Part shown: piece by piece, positions 42,201 to 51,640 of the stretch
Numbering within the stretch: the first letter of the stretch is position 1
Layout of the letters: every line of letters starts with the position of its first letter
DNA from: Bdellovibrionales bacterium
GTDB taxonomy: Bacteria; Bdellovibrionota; Bdellovibrionia; Bdellovibrionales; JAGQZY01
DNA: 64,000 bases
Assembly: GCA_964230645.1 (NCBI GenBank)
Contig: CAXRHT010000003.1
Span: 480,001 to 544,000 of the forward strand
Direction: 5' to 3'
Program-made: the position numbers and the translations under genes
Notes under the pieces: generated by a model
Database searches by the model: none
What the model was told of the DNA's origin: nothing
The model's input: only the letters and a program-made list of their open reading frames with translations

Positions 42201-42728
42201 ATGAAGAGGTTGTTGTTGTTCGTTGTCGTTAGTTTTTTTAGTTTTGGAGTCATGGCTCAAGAAGATTTAAAGCATGATGCTAATATTCGTTTAAATCCTG
42301 TCGGATTACTTTTTGGGGTGGCCAATCTTGGGGCTGATTTTGCCGTGAACGAAAACTTCACTTTAGGAGGTAATGTCAGTTATTGGAATCTTGATGTTGG
42401 CAGCTCTGAGGCGGACGTTTTTGGATACGGAGTAAGAGGGCAGTTGTTTTTTGATGAGGTCTTTACGGACAGTTGGTACGCGGCCGCCTCTGTTTCTTTA
42501 AGTCAGGCTCGTGCTCGTAATACCAATTCTGGTAACGAAGCCTCTGTCGATGGGTTCACGATTAGTGGTATTATTGGTTATATGTGGATCTGGGACAATT
42601 TTAATATGCAATTGGGCGGTGGAGTTCAGATTATTAACCTTGATGAGACGGCCAACTCCGATATCGATTTCGCTGGTCTCGGAGGAACCCTTCCCACGAT
42701 CGAATACAGTTTAGGTTGGGCGTTTTAA
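42201..42728 (+). CDS. Small outer-membrane beta-barrel protein (DUF3575-like)
   Basis: GGAGG RBS, signal peptide, alternating beta strands, C-terminal YSLGWAF beta-signal. Confidence 0.8.
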   Translation: MKRLLLFVVVSFFSFGVMAQEDLKHDANIRLNPVGLLFGVANLGADFAVNENFTLGGNVSYWNLDVGSSEADVFGYGVRGQLFFDEVFTDSWYAAASVSLSQARARNTNSGNEASVDGFTISGIIGYMWIWDNFNMQLGGGVQIINLDETANSDIDFAGLGGTLPTIEYSLGWAF

Positions 42729-42740
42729 AGCCGAACCCGT

Positions 42741-42769
42741 CTCTCCTATCAATCCTATCGATAGGAGAG
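42741..42769. terminator. Hairpin between convergent genes
   Basis: Perfect 10-bp stem ctctcctatc/gataggagag. Confidence 0.6.
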
Positions 42770-42783
42770 TTGTATTTATGGAT

Positions 42784-43581
42784 TTAATTCACACCAACGA
42801 TGGCTTTGGCCTCGTCTTGATCCCATGAAGAAGTAAATACGTCTTCAATCATTTCGTGGAGCTTTTCACGGTCCTGAACGTAAGGGTGAAGTTTTCTCAA
42901 AGCGGTCATTTGTTTATCGCTTGGAAAAAGATCCTCAAGAATGGTTTTTAGTTGTTCTGTCATGATCTCAGGATTTCCAGAGACTCCTTGGTAAGAAAGG
43001 ATAAACTCATCAATAATTTCAAACTTCTCGTCATCGAACGAAGCGGAATCTATTTTATCGAGGAACTCCTGAGTACTCATTGCAAAAAACTTTTTGGTTA
43101 GAAGTCTTTCAACATTGGAGACTTCCACTTTAACTCCAGCGGGCATAATGATCTCTAGGCGCACATAACAGCCTCCCTCAAGAGCTGTGATATTAGAATT
43201 TTCAATTTTAATGGAGCAGCTATAAGTCCCAGTGGAAAAAATATTCATAGAATCGCCGTTATAGTTCTCACGAATGGCTCCCCAGGAAGCGGAGTCTTTA
43301 AAGACAGTGTAAATACGAAGATCCATTTGGTCGGCTGGGATTTCATTAGAATATACTAATTCCACATCACCATCGAAGCCGAACAAATTGATGTTCACTT
43401 TCTTCATTCCTGCAATGTCAAAAGTCTCTGTTTCAATATCCGGATTGTAGGAGCTTGGAACATTTTTCCAGTTCACGCGGTTATTATTGGCTTTGCCACC
43501 GCTTCCTCCACCATTGTCATCACTACTACAGCCAGTAAAAATTAAACTTGTTATGAAAATAGCTATGGAAAGTGCGCGCAT
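42784..43581 (-). CDS. Lipoprotein with C-terminal DUF4476-like domain
   Basis: Start reassigned to ATG 43581 (AGGGGG RBS; MRALSIAIFITSLIFTGC lipobox). C-terminal SASFDDEK...LRKLHPYVQD...IEDVF pattern. Confidence 0.75.
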   Translation of the reverse strand: MRALSIAIFITSLIFTGCSSDDNGGGSGGKANNNRVNWKNVPSSYNPDIETETFDIAGMKKVNINLFGFDGDVELVYSNEIPADQMDLRIYTVFKDSASWGAIRENYNGDSMNIFSTGTYSCSIKIENSNITALEGGCYVRLEIIMPAGVKVEVSNVERLLTKKFFAMSTQEFLDKIDSASFDDEKFEIIDEFILSYQGVSGNPEIMTEQLKTILEDLFPSDKQMTALRKLHPYVQDREKLHEMIEDVFTSSWDQDEAKAIVGVN

Positions 43582-43688
43582 AAGGCCCCCTGAAGATTGC
43601 TTTAAAGGGGGCATACTAGAATTAATAGACTGCTTGAGGCAAGACCGAATTTCACGCTCAGGCTTTAAAAAAAAGAAAGGGGTTCCAG

Positions 43689-43931
43689 TGCTGTCCGGTG
43701 GATTTCCCGCCACTGGCGTAAAACATGTCGCCGTGAGCGAACATGTCGTCTTGAGCGAAAATATGTCGTCTTGAGCGAAGCGAAAGACCTTAGATCCTTC
43801 GCTTCGCTCAGGATGACTCTGAGGAATTCTCAGAATGACTTTGAACAATTCGCAAGGATGACAATGAACAATTCTCAACGATGACATTGAACAATTCTTA
43901 AGGATGACCGGGGGCAATCCACCGGACAGCA
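43689..43931. repeat. Nested REP-like palindromic element with tandemly amplified arms
   Basis: Core gtcgtcttgagcgaagcgaa...ttcgcttcgctcaggatgac; 3 left-arm and 5 right-arm copies; outer perfect 16-bp inverted repeat tgctgtccggtggatt/aatccaccggacagca. Confidence 0.85.
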
Positions 43932-43977
43932 GTGAAGATGTTCTTAAATTATTTCGTTAATTTAACAGGTTAGGATT

Positions 43978-44463
43978 CTACTTTGCACTTTCGTGTACAA
44001 AACGAGTGGTATAGTATTTCACCAAATAATCGGTCTTAATAGGCTGATTATTGTATGTCCAGACTAGGTCTCCGAATGGGCCCCATTTGGCTAAAAGATA
44101 TTCTTCACCATTGGCTTCCGCTTCAAAAGCGGGATTAATTCCTTGGGCTCTGTTGAACTTCATGGCCACAGTTCCGGGCTGTTTCATACTAAAAATTAGC
44201 TTAAAGCCATTGCGAAAGAGCATAAAGTCGGCTTGGGTTTGAGAGATGCTATAAACTTTAATACGCCCTATGGGTGAGCCCTTCATTTGATTAAAGGCTG
44301 TGGTGGCGTCAACGAACTCTCTTTTTAATTTCACTAAGAAAAGAGTGGTTTCCTCATGAAGGTGTTTTTCCGGTTGGAAACCGGTTGTAATTTCGATCAT
44401 GCCGGATTCTTCCATATCCTGTTCAGCTCTCACTAAATCCTGAATCCAAGTCATTTTGTCCAT
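43978..44463 (-). CDS. Hypothetical protein (161 aa)
   Basis: GGAGGG RBS before MDKMTWIQDL; possible TTGACA-N18-TAACAT promoter at 44501-44530 on the minus strand. Confidence 0.75.
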   Translation of the reverse strand: MDKMTWIQDLVRAEQDMEESGMIEITTGFQPEKHLHEETTLFLVKLKREFVDATTAFNQMKGSPIGRIKVYSISQTQADFMLFRNGFKLIFSMKQPGTVAMKFNRAQGINPAFEAEANGEEYLLAKWGPFGDLVWTYNNQPIKTDYLVKYYTTRFVHESAK

Positions 44464-44535
44464 GCACCCTCCAAGGCGACGACGCTGCGCCGCAATTTCC
44501 ATGTTAGAGAGAAAGCGGCGTTTCTGTCAAGTTCC

Positions 44536-47490
44536 TCACAATCTTACGTTGAAAAAAGTTGTAAATCCTCCATATGCTTGCTGTTCTTCGCCGTAATAGA
44601 GTCCCAGGGTTAGGGCCACTGGCACGTGAAAGCCCACATTGACGTTGGCTTCAAACTCCATGCCGTAACCGGTGAAAAAGCGCCCAAATTCAGTAAATTG
44701 AGAGTCTCGAGTCAACGAGTTGTTATAGCGACCATCCAATGTGGAGGCATCAAAGATAAAACTACTCTGTAAATTCTTAAAAAACAGAGGCGGAGAGGTC
44801 CATCCGCTAAAAACATCAAGCAGTGGAAACCGGTACTCAATATTGGTGTTTACAATATTGCGAGCGATAAAAATTCCGGTGGGGTAGCCTCGTTGCAAAA
44901 AAGAAGCATTAGTCAGTTGCGGATTAAAGAAGGGGCCCGCCAAAGTGGTGGTGGCAAAAAAGCTATTGTTCAACTGCGGAGCGTAGCTCCCATTAAGAGC
45001 CATATAAAAAACATGGCGCTCGGGGAGGAAAGTGGACCAAAAAGTTCCAATATGCCCATAAGTTTCTCCGTAAGAAACACTTCCCAAATCAGCCATATAA
45101 TTCTTATGCCCCAGTTGCCCCTTCCACCCGGAGCTAGCTGAAATATCGCGAGGTTTTTGTTTCATATCTCGGTAGGCAAGCTCGAGTTGAGGACCTTGGC
45201 GGAGAAAATAGTCACCCCCAAATTCTAAGCCACTATAGTTCCAGCGAAACTGCAGCCGGGTGTGATCAAGAAAACCAAGTCTTGCACTCATAAGAGCTGT
45301 GGCATTTTGGTAATGAAGTGTGGTTCGAGTGGGGTAAAACCAGTTATAAAAGTCCGAAACTCCCACACCCAGTGTGACCGGAAGAGAGCGGTTGGTGTAA
45401 CTTAGAGAGGCTCCCGGTTTTTTAGTCAGAGTGTCCCACTGGCCGACCAGAGAAAGACTGTTAATCCCCAAAGGATCTCCGGCTGAGGTTTGGGCCTGAT
45501 AAATCGTTCCCCCATCCACGAGATATAAAAAAGGAATCCAGTGATTGGGATAAAGATAGCGCCAAGGGGAGAAGTCTTCCGTTTTTAAATCCTCTTTGGT
45601 CAGAGTGCTTTGCGGTTTTCTATCCTCTTCTTTTGCAGACTCACTCGAAGTGGCTTCTTCTTTTTTAATTTCTTTTTTCGCTTGCACAGGTACTGGTGCA
45701 TCGTTCAAAGCGAGTTGGCGCTCTCCCGGCTGAAAGAGGCTTTCCACTTGTGGAGGACGATCAGGAAGACTCTCCCACTGCGCTCCCTTTAAGTAAAAAA
45801 TTTTGGGTCCATCGACTGTGAGCTGACTATAGTAAAGACTGTCATCAAGTGGGTCGATATCTCCTTTAAGCACTCGAGTGATAGAGTTTGTGATCGCTTT
45901 GTAAGTCATTTTTTTGGGATCAAGGAGATAAAAGTTATCCACACCACTGGCTGGTGATGAAAAAAGAAGACCAAGGTGGGTGGGATGAAGAGAATGGATT
46001 TCCACTTCATCAAAGAAAACCGATTTTTCTTTTGAGGGCAGATCAATCTTTGCAATATGTGCGTTCTGACCGGGAACATGCTCCACAAAATAGATCTTAT
46101 CTTTTTCGCCACAAGAAAGATGTTTGAGGTTGTATCCCATGGGAGCTTGATAAACTTCCTTAACCTCTTGAGAGAACCAATCCAGGGACATGATTCGCTT
46201 TGATCCCGTGGTATTACTAAGGAAATAAAGGGTTTTTCCAAGAGGCGTGAAGCAAGCATCATGAGCTCTCATTCCGGTAGTGAGTCGACGGGATTCTTTC
46301 GTTTGTAGATCGTAAAAGTAAAGATCGAAAAAACGATTGTAAAAGTCATGACGATCAATCTTTTCATAGACAAAACCCGTGGCCGCAGGATGCCAAGCGA
46401 GAGTGCGAGTGCGGGTATTGGGTAAAATTCTTTTAGGCTTATAACCTCTGAAACCTTTTTTGGGATGCCGAAGAGTTAGATGAATATGCCCCATTCCATC
46501 GAGGTCATTACTGATAAAGGCCATCCATTGCCCGTCACTACTGATCTTAGGAGAAAGAACTCGTTTCTTTTCTTCGAGAGAAATCATCTCCCCATTGAGT
46601 TGTGAGGTGGACGTGATCACTTCAATTTGTTTTTTCGCTTTTTCGTCCCACCTGGCATAGGCTTTTTTAAGTTGTTCCTCATAAGTGGTACCCACATGGG
46701 TTTCAAGGACTCCATCGAGAAAATAGGGAATGCGGCGGGAATAACTTTGGTTCATTCTGTAGATAACATCGTTGCCTTTATCTTCTGTGATGCTGTCCCA
46801 AAGAATACCTCCGAAAAGGTAGGCTCTAGAACCACTGAGCCAGTCGGGGTGGCTATCATTAAGGTCACTTAAAGGAAACTCATCCCACCTTTTTTCAAAG
46901 CTTAAAGCTCGGGCCAATCCGTGAAGGTACTGAGAGTTAAGGCGCCCCCCTTTTTTAGTAAGGATGGACTCGGTGTAGGTCGCTAAACCCTCGGTGTACC
47001 AACGGGGAAGAATCATATTGGGATGAGCAATGGAGCCAAAAATCCAATAAAGGGGAGAAAACCAGCCATGAACCGGTTCCATATTTAAAATATGAGTGTA
47101 TTCATGGGAGATTAGTTCGTAATTAGAATCTTGAAACTCCCCGATGGCTGAATAAGGCATGGGTTTGACCGCAAGAAGTTGCACGATAGGGTGGGGGGTG
47201 ACTCGTGCGGAGCCATTGGCAAGATCGGTATTGTCGATAATTAAGAAAGTTGTCTTGCGAGGTTGCTCTAAAAACAGAGGTGTGACCTCCTCTTTTGCCC
47301 GTTCAAACTGCAGAATCGAGTATTCCGCCAACTCTTGATGTTTGGCGTCAAATATCCAATAAGCACTGTCGGTTTCAATTTCTTTCCATTCAATGGAAGG
47401 GTCCACTTGTGCCTGTAAGCCTTTAGGGTCGGCCAAAAGAATGAATTGTAAAATAAAAAACAGAAGAGAAAATCGACGAATTTTCAGCAT
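44536..47490 (-). CDS. Omp85/BamA-TamA-like protein with N-terminal gluzincin metallopeptidase and TolB-like beta-propeller
   Basis: Signal peptide; HEYTH plus PRWYTEGLA; PD40-like repeats (SPKISSDGQWMAF, FTPLGKTLYF); C-terminal barrel with QRGY and EYRFPL. Confidence 0.8.
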   Translation of the reverse strand: MLKIRRFSLLFFILQFILLADPKGLQAQVDPSIEWKEIETDSAYWIFDAKHQELAEYSILQFERAKEEVTPLFLEQPRKTTFLIIDNTDLANGSARVTPHPIVQLLAVKPMPYSAIGEFQDSNYELISHEYTHILNMEPVHGWFSPLYWIFGSIAHPNMILPRWYTEGLATYTESILTKKGGRLNSQYLHGLARALSFEKRWDEFPLSDLNDSHPDWLSGSRAYLFGGILWDSITEDKGNDVIYRMNQSYSRRIPYFLDGVLETHVGTTYEEQLKKAYARWDEKAKKQIEVITSTSQLNGEMISLEEKKRVLSPKISSDGQWMAFISNDLDGMGHIHLTLRHPKKGFRGYKPKRILPNTRTRTLAWHPAATGFVYEKIDRHDFYNRFFDLYFYDLQTKESRRLTTGMRAHDACFTPLGKTLYFLSNTTGSKRIMSLDWFSQEVKEVYQAPMGYNLKHLSCGEKDKIYFVEHVPGQNAHIAKIDLPSKEKSVFFDEVEIHSLHPTHLGLLFSSPASGVDNFYLLDPKKMTYKAITNSITRVLKGDIDPLDDSLYYSQLTVDGPKIFYLKGAQWESLPDRPPQVESLFQPGERQLALNDAPVPVQAKKEIKKEEATSSESAKEEDRKPQSTLTKEDLKTEDFSPWRYLYPNHWIPFLYLVDGGTIYQAQTSAGDPLGINSLSLVGQWDTLTKKPGASLSYTNRSLPVTLGVGVSDFYNWFYPTRTTLHYQNATALMSARLGFLDHTRLQFRWNYSGLEFGGDYFLRQGPQLELAYRDMKQKPRDISASSGWKGQLGHKNYMADLGSVSYGETYGHIGTFWSTFLPERHVFYMALNGSYAPQLNNSFFATTTLAGPFFNPQLTNASFLQRGYPTGIFIARNIVNTNIEYRFPLLDVFSGWTSPPLFFKNLQSSFIFDASTLDGRYNNSLTRDSQFTEFGRFFTGYGMEFEANVNVGFHVPVALTLGLYYGEEQQAYGGFTTFFNVRL

Positions 47491-47529
47491 GTCTCCTCCT
47501 TAAGACAGAGCGAACAACGTTTTAAGAGT

Positions 47530-47557
47530 TTGACATCATTTAAAGAGATTTTAAAAT
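47530..47557 (+). promoter_or_regulatory. sigma70-type promoter of pal
   Basis: TTGACA-N16-TAAAAT, 23 nt upstream of ATG 47581. Confidence 0.55.
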
Positions 47558-47580
47558 ACAAACACACAAAGGGGTGTAAA

Positions 47581-48075
47581 ATGTGGAGAAAAATCATTTT
47601 CGCTTTAACAGCTTTAAGTTTAGTTGCAGCATGTTCATCAAAAGAAAAAGACGAATCTGTCGTTGACGCCATGGAAGTGGATGGTGGCGTAACAGAAAAG
47701 CCTCTTGGCTTTGATCCCATGGGTTCAGATAGCGGAAACATCCCTGGTCTAGCGACTGTTCATTTTGAATATGACAGATTTAGCTTAAGCCCAGAAGCGC
47801 GTAACATCTTAGCGCAGAACGCTGAGTTCATGAGAGAAAACGAAAACGTAAGCTTACAAATCGAAGGGCATTGTGATTCCCGCGGATCGATTGAGTACAA
47901 CCTCACACTTGGGGAAAGACGTGCCAATGCAGTAAAGTCCTATCTCGTTAGTTTAGGAATTCCTGATAGCCGACTTTCAGTCCTGAGCTACGGGGAAGAA
48001 AAGCCAATGAACGCTGGTGACACTGAGTCCGCTCACGCTGCCAACAGACGAGCCAATTTCGTACCTGTTCAATAG
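47581..48075 (+). CDS. pal: Peptidoglycan-associated lipoprotein Pal
   Basis: Lipobox VAAC; VHFEYD, IEGHCDSRGSIEYNLTLGERRA, SYGEEKP, NRRA. Confidence 0.93.
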   Translation: MWRKIIFALTALSLVAACSSKEKDESVVDAMEVDGGVTEKPLGFDPMGSDSGNIPGLATVHFEYDRFSLSPEARNILAQNAEFMRENENVSLQIEGHCDSRGSIEYNLTLGERRANAVKSYLVSLGIPDSRLSVLSYGEEKPMNAGDTESAHAANRRANFVPVQ

Positions 48076-48080
48076 GAACT

Positions 48081-48422
48081 ATGAAAAATACACGCTTGTT
48101 AAAAGCATTAAAAAAAGGGCCGCGCTTAGCGAGCCCTTTTTTATTTTTCCTGATCGTGAGTTGTGTGAACCCACAACCTTCCCGCGAAGAATACAATCTC
48201 GCCGTCACCGCTCTCCGTTCGGCCAGAGACAGTGAAGCCAAGCGTTACGCGCCTAAAGTCTATACGACAGCCAGGCGGTATTTTCGTAGAGCTGAACGGT
48301 CCTTTAAAGAGAAATATTATTCGGACGCCACTGACTATTTTAGGAAATCACGCTATTATGCAGAAAAGGCCGAGAACATCGCTCGGGTGAAAATGTTCAA
48401 GCAAGGAGATATGGCCCAATGA
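48081..48422 (+). CDS. Small helical lipoprotein (DUF4398-like)
   Basis: Lipobox IVSC; A...A....A..YAP..Y..A pattern; ATGA overlap with the next gene. Confidence 0.7.
   Translation: MKNTRLLKALKKGPRLASPFLFFLIVSCVNPQPSREEYNLAVTALRSARDSEAKRYAPKVYTTARRYFRRAERSFKEKYYSDATDYFRKSRYYAEKAENIARVKMFKQGDMAQ
48110..48148 (+). terminator. Intrinsic terminator-like hairpin after pal, inside the next ORF
   Basis: aaaaaagggc...gcccttttttattttt stem followed by a U-tract. Confidence 0.6.
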
Positions 48423-49117
48423 AATTATATAGCTTACCGGTCTTGATTTTGGTTCTTGGACTTGTGAGTGGCTGTCTAAAGACCCGCTCAGAGTTAAAGC
48501 AAAGCGGCAATGAAAGTGGAGTAGGGAGCATGCGCACTGACGCCAGTGGAAGTTATGTCGCAGGTAATATGGGACAGCAACAACGAGCCCAAATTGACTC
48601 TCGTTTCTTCGAAATTGATCGCGATTTCCGTCAACTTTATGGAAAAATCGAAACTCTTGAAAGAAAAATATCTGAGCTGGAATCAAAGCCTCAGGAGGCG
48701 GATACCTCGGGATCTGCTGCACCGGTTGATAATGAAAAAATTAAGTCTCTTGAAAAACGAATGTCGACGCTTGAGGAGGCTTTGTTATCAATTGATAAGA
48801 AACTCGATCAACTCACCAATGATAAAAGCGCTAGTTTAAAAAAAAGACTAGAGGACGCCAAAGGTCCTTTTGGGCGTGGAGAGATTCTCTACGCAATGGG
48901 CGAGTACGAAAAAGCGATCAGTAATTACAATGAGTATCGCAAAAACTTCCCAAGAGGTCGTAAATACGCTCAAGCCACATTAAAAATGGGTCTCTGTTTT
49001 CAAAGACTAAAAATGGGTCAAGATGCAAGAGCCTTTTACAAAGAAGTGATCCAAAGATACCCCAACACGAGAGCCTCTCAAGCCGCAAAATCCAATCTTC
49101 AAAAGATTAAGCTTTAG
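48419..49117 (+). CDS. cpoB: Tol-Pal system TPR lipoprotein CpoB/YbgF-like
   Basis: Lipobox VSGC, coiled coil, TPRs (ATLKMGLCF, YKEVIQRYPNT), pal neighbourhood. Confidence 0.8.
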   Translation: MKLYSLPVLILVLGLVSGCLKTRSELKQSGNESGVGSMRTDASGSYVAGNMGQQQRAQIDSRFFEIDRDFRQLYGKIETLERKISELESKPQEADTSGSAAPVDNEKIKSLEKRMSTLEEALLSIDKKLDQLTNDKSASLKKRLEDAKGPFGRGEILYAMGEYEKAISNYNEYRKNFPRGRKYAQATLKMGLCFQRLKMGQDARAFYKEVIQRYPNTRASQAAKSNLQKIKL

Positions 49118-49961
49118 CTCTCTGCTCTTTCTTGTCCCCAAGAAAGGAAGTCCAGCAAATCTCAGCACCTAAAAACATAATAAGTGATGAGTAGTAAACC
49201 CAAACAAGAAGTACAACCAAAGATCCTGCCGCTCCGTAAGCTGAGCCGACGGCACTATTTCCTATATAAAGTCCGATTAAAAACTTTCCGAGCACAAATA
49301 AAAGGGCTGTGATCATGGCCCCAATAAAGGTGTTTTTCCATTTCAACTGCAAGTCCGGCATCCATTTAAAAATGACGCAAAAGGAAAGACTTAAGACAAA
49401 GAAGCTAAAAGCCTCATTGAGAAGATAAGTAAGAGTTTGAGCATCTTTTGGAAAGATATAATCAATGGCTGAAGAGAGCACCAGAGAAACAATGGCAATA
49501 AAAATTATGGCTAACAAGATCCCTATTGAGACCAAACGATCAAAGACCAATCTTTTAATTGTCTGAAATAAGGTTTCGTCCACTTCAGCCATCTCGTCAC
49601 TGTTGGTTTTAAAGATAATATTGAGTGTTGTCTGAATTTGAACGAAAATTAGACTTGCCGAAAAAAGCAAAATCCCAGCACTGATCAGTCCACTAAAAGA
49701 AATTAGGTCGGGTCGGTCTTGGGAAGCTTCAAGGACAGTTCTAAAAACATCGGCTCCTTGAGTACCGACCATATTGGCAATACTTGCTACCAATTGTTGC
49801 TGGAGTTCAATATCGATGACACCTAAAAAAACAACGATCAAGATCGCTAGCGGAGCAAAGGAAAAGGTTGTGTAAAAAGCAAGAGCCGCCGATCGGGTGA
49901 AAATCTCATCTTCACTAAAAGCTGTGATTAGATCTTGAAGGCTCTCAAAAATTTTACTCAT
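49107..49961 (-). CDS. YihY/virulence factor BrkB family membrane protein
   Basis: SAALAFYTTFSFAP; YGAAGSLVVLLVWVYYSSLIMFLGAE; AAGGAG RBS before MSKIF. Confidence 0.9.
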   Translation of the reverse strand: MSKIFESLQDLITAFSEDEIFTRSAALAFYTTFSFAPLAILIVVFLGVIDIELQQQLVASIANMVGTQGADVFRTVLEASQDRPDLISFSGLISAGILLFSASLIFVQIQTTLNIIFKTNSDEMAEVDETLFQTIKRLVFDRLVSIGILLAIIFIAIVSLVLSSAIDYIFPKDAQTLTYLLNEAFSFFVLSLSFCVIFKWMPDLQLKWKNTFIGAMITALLFVLGKFLIGLYIGNSAVGSAYGAAGSLVVLLVWVYYSSLIMFLGAEICWTSFLGDKKEQRAKA

Positions 49962-50220
49962 GTAGGGACTCCTTGAAACTCCTAATATAATTGTAAGAGT
50001 GAGAGCAATCTTTGTGTTACTGCGATCAAAATGTGGAGAAATCATAAAATTCTATCGGAATTTTTACTTCGAAGTCGAAGCGGATCAACTCCCACTGGAG
50101 CTAGGTTTTCTTCTCTGAATCTAGGAAAGTAAAGGAATTTTAATAAGTAAGAAGGGACCATTGTGGGGATTGTTTTGACAAATATTGTTTTTTTACAGGG
50201 GGAGAGATAATCTTTGATTC

Positions 50221-51384
50221 ATGAGCGAAGATCTTTCAGGAAAGCAAGGAGATTTTGGACTGGTACTCACGGGTGGAGGAGCCAGAGGGGCTTATCAAGC
50301 CGGAGTCATCGAAGGAATTTCCCAAATTCTTAGTTCGCAAGATCAAGACTTCCCCTTTCGTGTTCTCTCGGGGAGTTCCGCCGGAGCCATAAACTGCGCT
50401 TTTTTGGCCTGTAATCTTGAAACCTTTCAACAAACTTCTAATAACCTTTCCAAAATGTGGAAAGAGATCTCTTTTGCAGATATTTACAAAACCGATTTCT
50501 CAACTCTGGCACAGTTGGGGATGAGTTGGGCTAAGGGTTTAAGTTTTGGTGGGGCAGGAACTAAGTCAGCTCCCAATTACTTGCTTGATACGAGTCCCCT
50601 TTATAATTTGATTAAGACAAAAATTAATTTTTCCAATCTTCATCGCTTCGAAAAAATGGGTGGAACTCTCGCAATCAACACCACCCACTATCAGACCGGC
50701 GCCACGGTCACATTTTTTTCTGATGTGGATGAAAAAGAAATATGGAAAAGAACCCTAAGGTTTTCTTATCGCACTAAGATTGAGGCCGAACATATTCTAG
50801 CTTCTTCAGCCATACCGGTTTTATTTCCACCGGTGAAGCTCGGGCCCACATTCTATGGCGATGGGGCCATTCGTATGAAAACGCCAATGAGTCCTGCCAT
50901 TCATTTGGGGGCTACTAAAATTTTGGCGATTGGCGTGAAGAAAGCCAAATCATTAGAAGAAGTCGCCGCAAGCCTTGATGACAAAAAAGAGAGTATCTCA
51001 CTTGCTGAGATCGCTGGCACTCTTCTTAATAGTGTTTTCCTAGATTCCCTAGACGCAGATCTTGAGCGTTTGGATAGAATTAACCAAACCATTGCAAGGT
51101 GCAACCCGGCCGAGGTTAGTGAAATGAATTTACGTCATGTGGAAGTTTTAAAAATCCAGCCCTCAGAAGATTTAGGAGAGCTGGCTCAAAACACCATTGA
51201 GCACTTTCCGAGAACCATAAGATATCTAATGAAGGGAGCTGGTGCTGATGATAAAAGCGACAGTGACCTTTTAAGTTACCTTTCCTTTCATCACACTTAC
51301 ACAATTCCCCTGGTGGAATTAGGTATTAAAGACGCCTTTACTCAAAAAGACCGCATCCTGAAATTTTTCAGTTCCTCAATCTAA
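50221..51384 (+). CDS. Patatin-like phospholipase
   Basis: LTGGGARGAYQAG, GSSAG nucleophile, ASSAIP, DGA. Confidence 0.92.
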   Translation: MSEDLSGKQGDFGLVLTGGGARGAYQAGVIEGISQILSSQDQDFPFRVLSGSSAGAINCAFLACNLETFQQTSNNLSKMWKEISFADIYKTDFSTLAQLGMSWAKGLSFGGAGTKSAPNYLLDTSPLYNLIKTKINFSNLHRFEKMGGTLAINTTHYQTGATVTFFSDVDEKEIWKRTLRFSYRTKIEAEHILASSAIPVLFPPVKLGPTFYGDGAIRMKTPMSPAIHLGATKILAIGVKKAKSLEEVAASLDDKKESISLAEIAGTLLNSVFLDSLDADLERLDRINQTIARCNPAEVSEMNLRHVEVLKIQPSEDLGELAQNTIEHFPRTIRYLMKGAGADDKSDSDLLSYLSFHHTYTIPLVELGIKDAFTQKDRILKFFSSSI

Positions 51385-51568
51385 GCTATTTTTTTTAATA
51401 TTAAACTCAATTCATTATTTCCAATCCCTTCGAGCAGAGCCTTAGAGGCCTATTTTAGCCATCTCGAATCTCAGAAAATATTCCTAGAATTCGAATTCCG
51501 GACATAAAATTCGGACCAATAAGTCTGTAACCACCTAAATTTACATATAAGTTCTATCTCTCTACTTT

Positions 51569-51584
51569 TGGAACAGCTCCTGCA
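51569..51584 (+). promoter_or_regulatory. sigma54-type promoter of the Hint/MACPF operon
   Basis: TGGAAC-agctc-CTGCA with the invariant GG (51570) and GC (51582) exactly 12 nt apart; two mismatches to consensus. Confidence 0.55.
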
Positions 51585-51640
51585 CAATGTGACGGCGTTA
51601 GAAACAAACAACCCCAACAACCTTTAAGAGAGGAGAAATT

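Noticed and set aside
43725..43908. CRISPR array (also considered for 61041-61120)
   Set aside because: Units are 18-23-bp head-to-tail repeats with no unique spacers, and no cas genes are present.
43582..43917. N-terminal 112 aa of ORF 42784..43917
   Set aside because: Runs through the REP-like element; an RBS and lipoprotein signal at 43581 mark the likely start.
50221..51384. Patatin as part of the Hint/MACPF system or a CBASS-type effector
   Set aside because: No signal peptide, separated by a ~250-bp gap containing a separate promoter candidate, and no cyclase nearby; it looks like a common stand-alone patatin.
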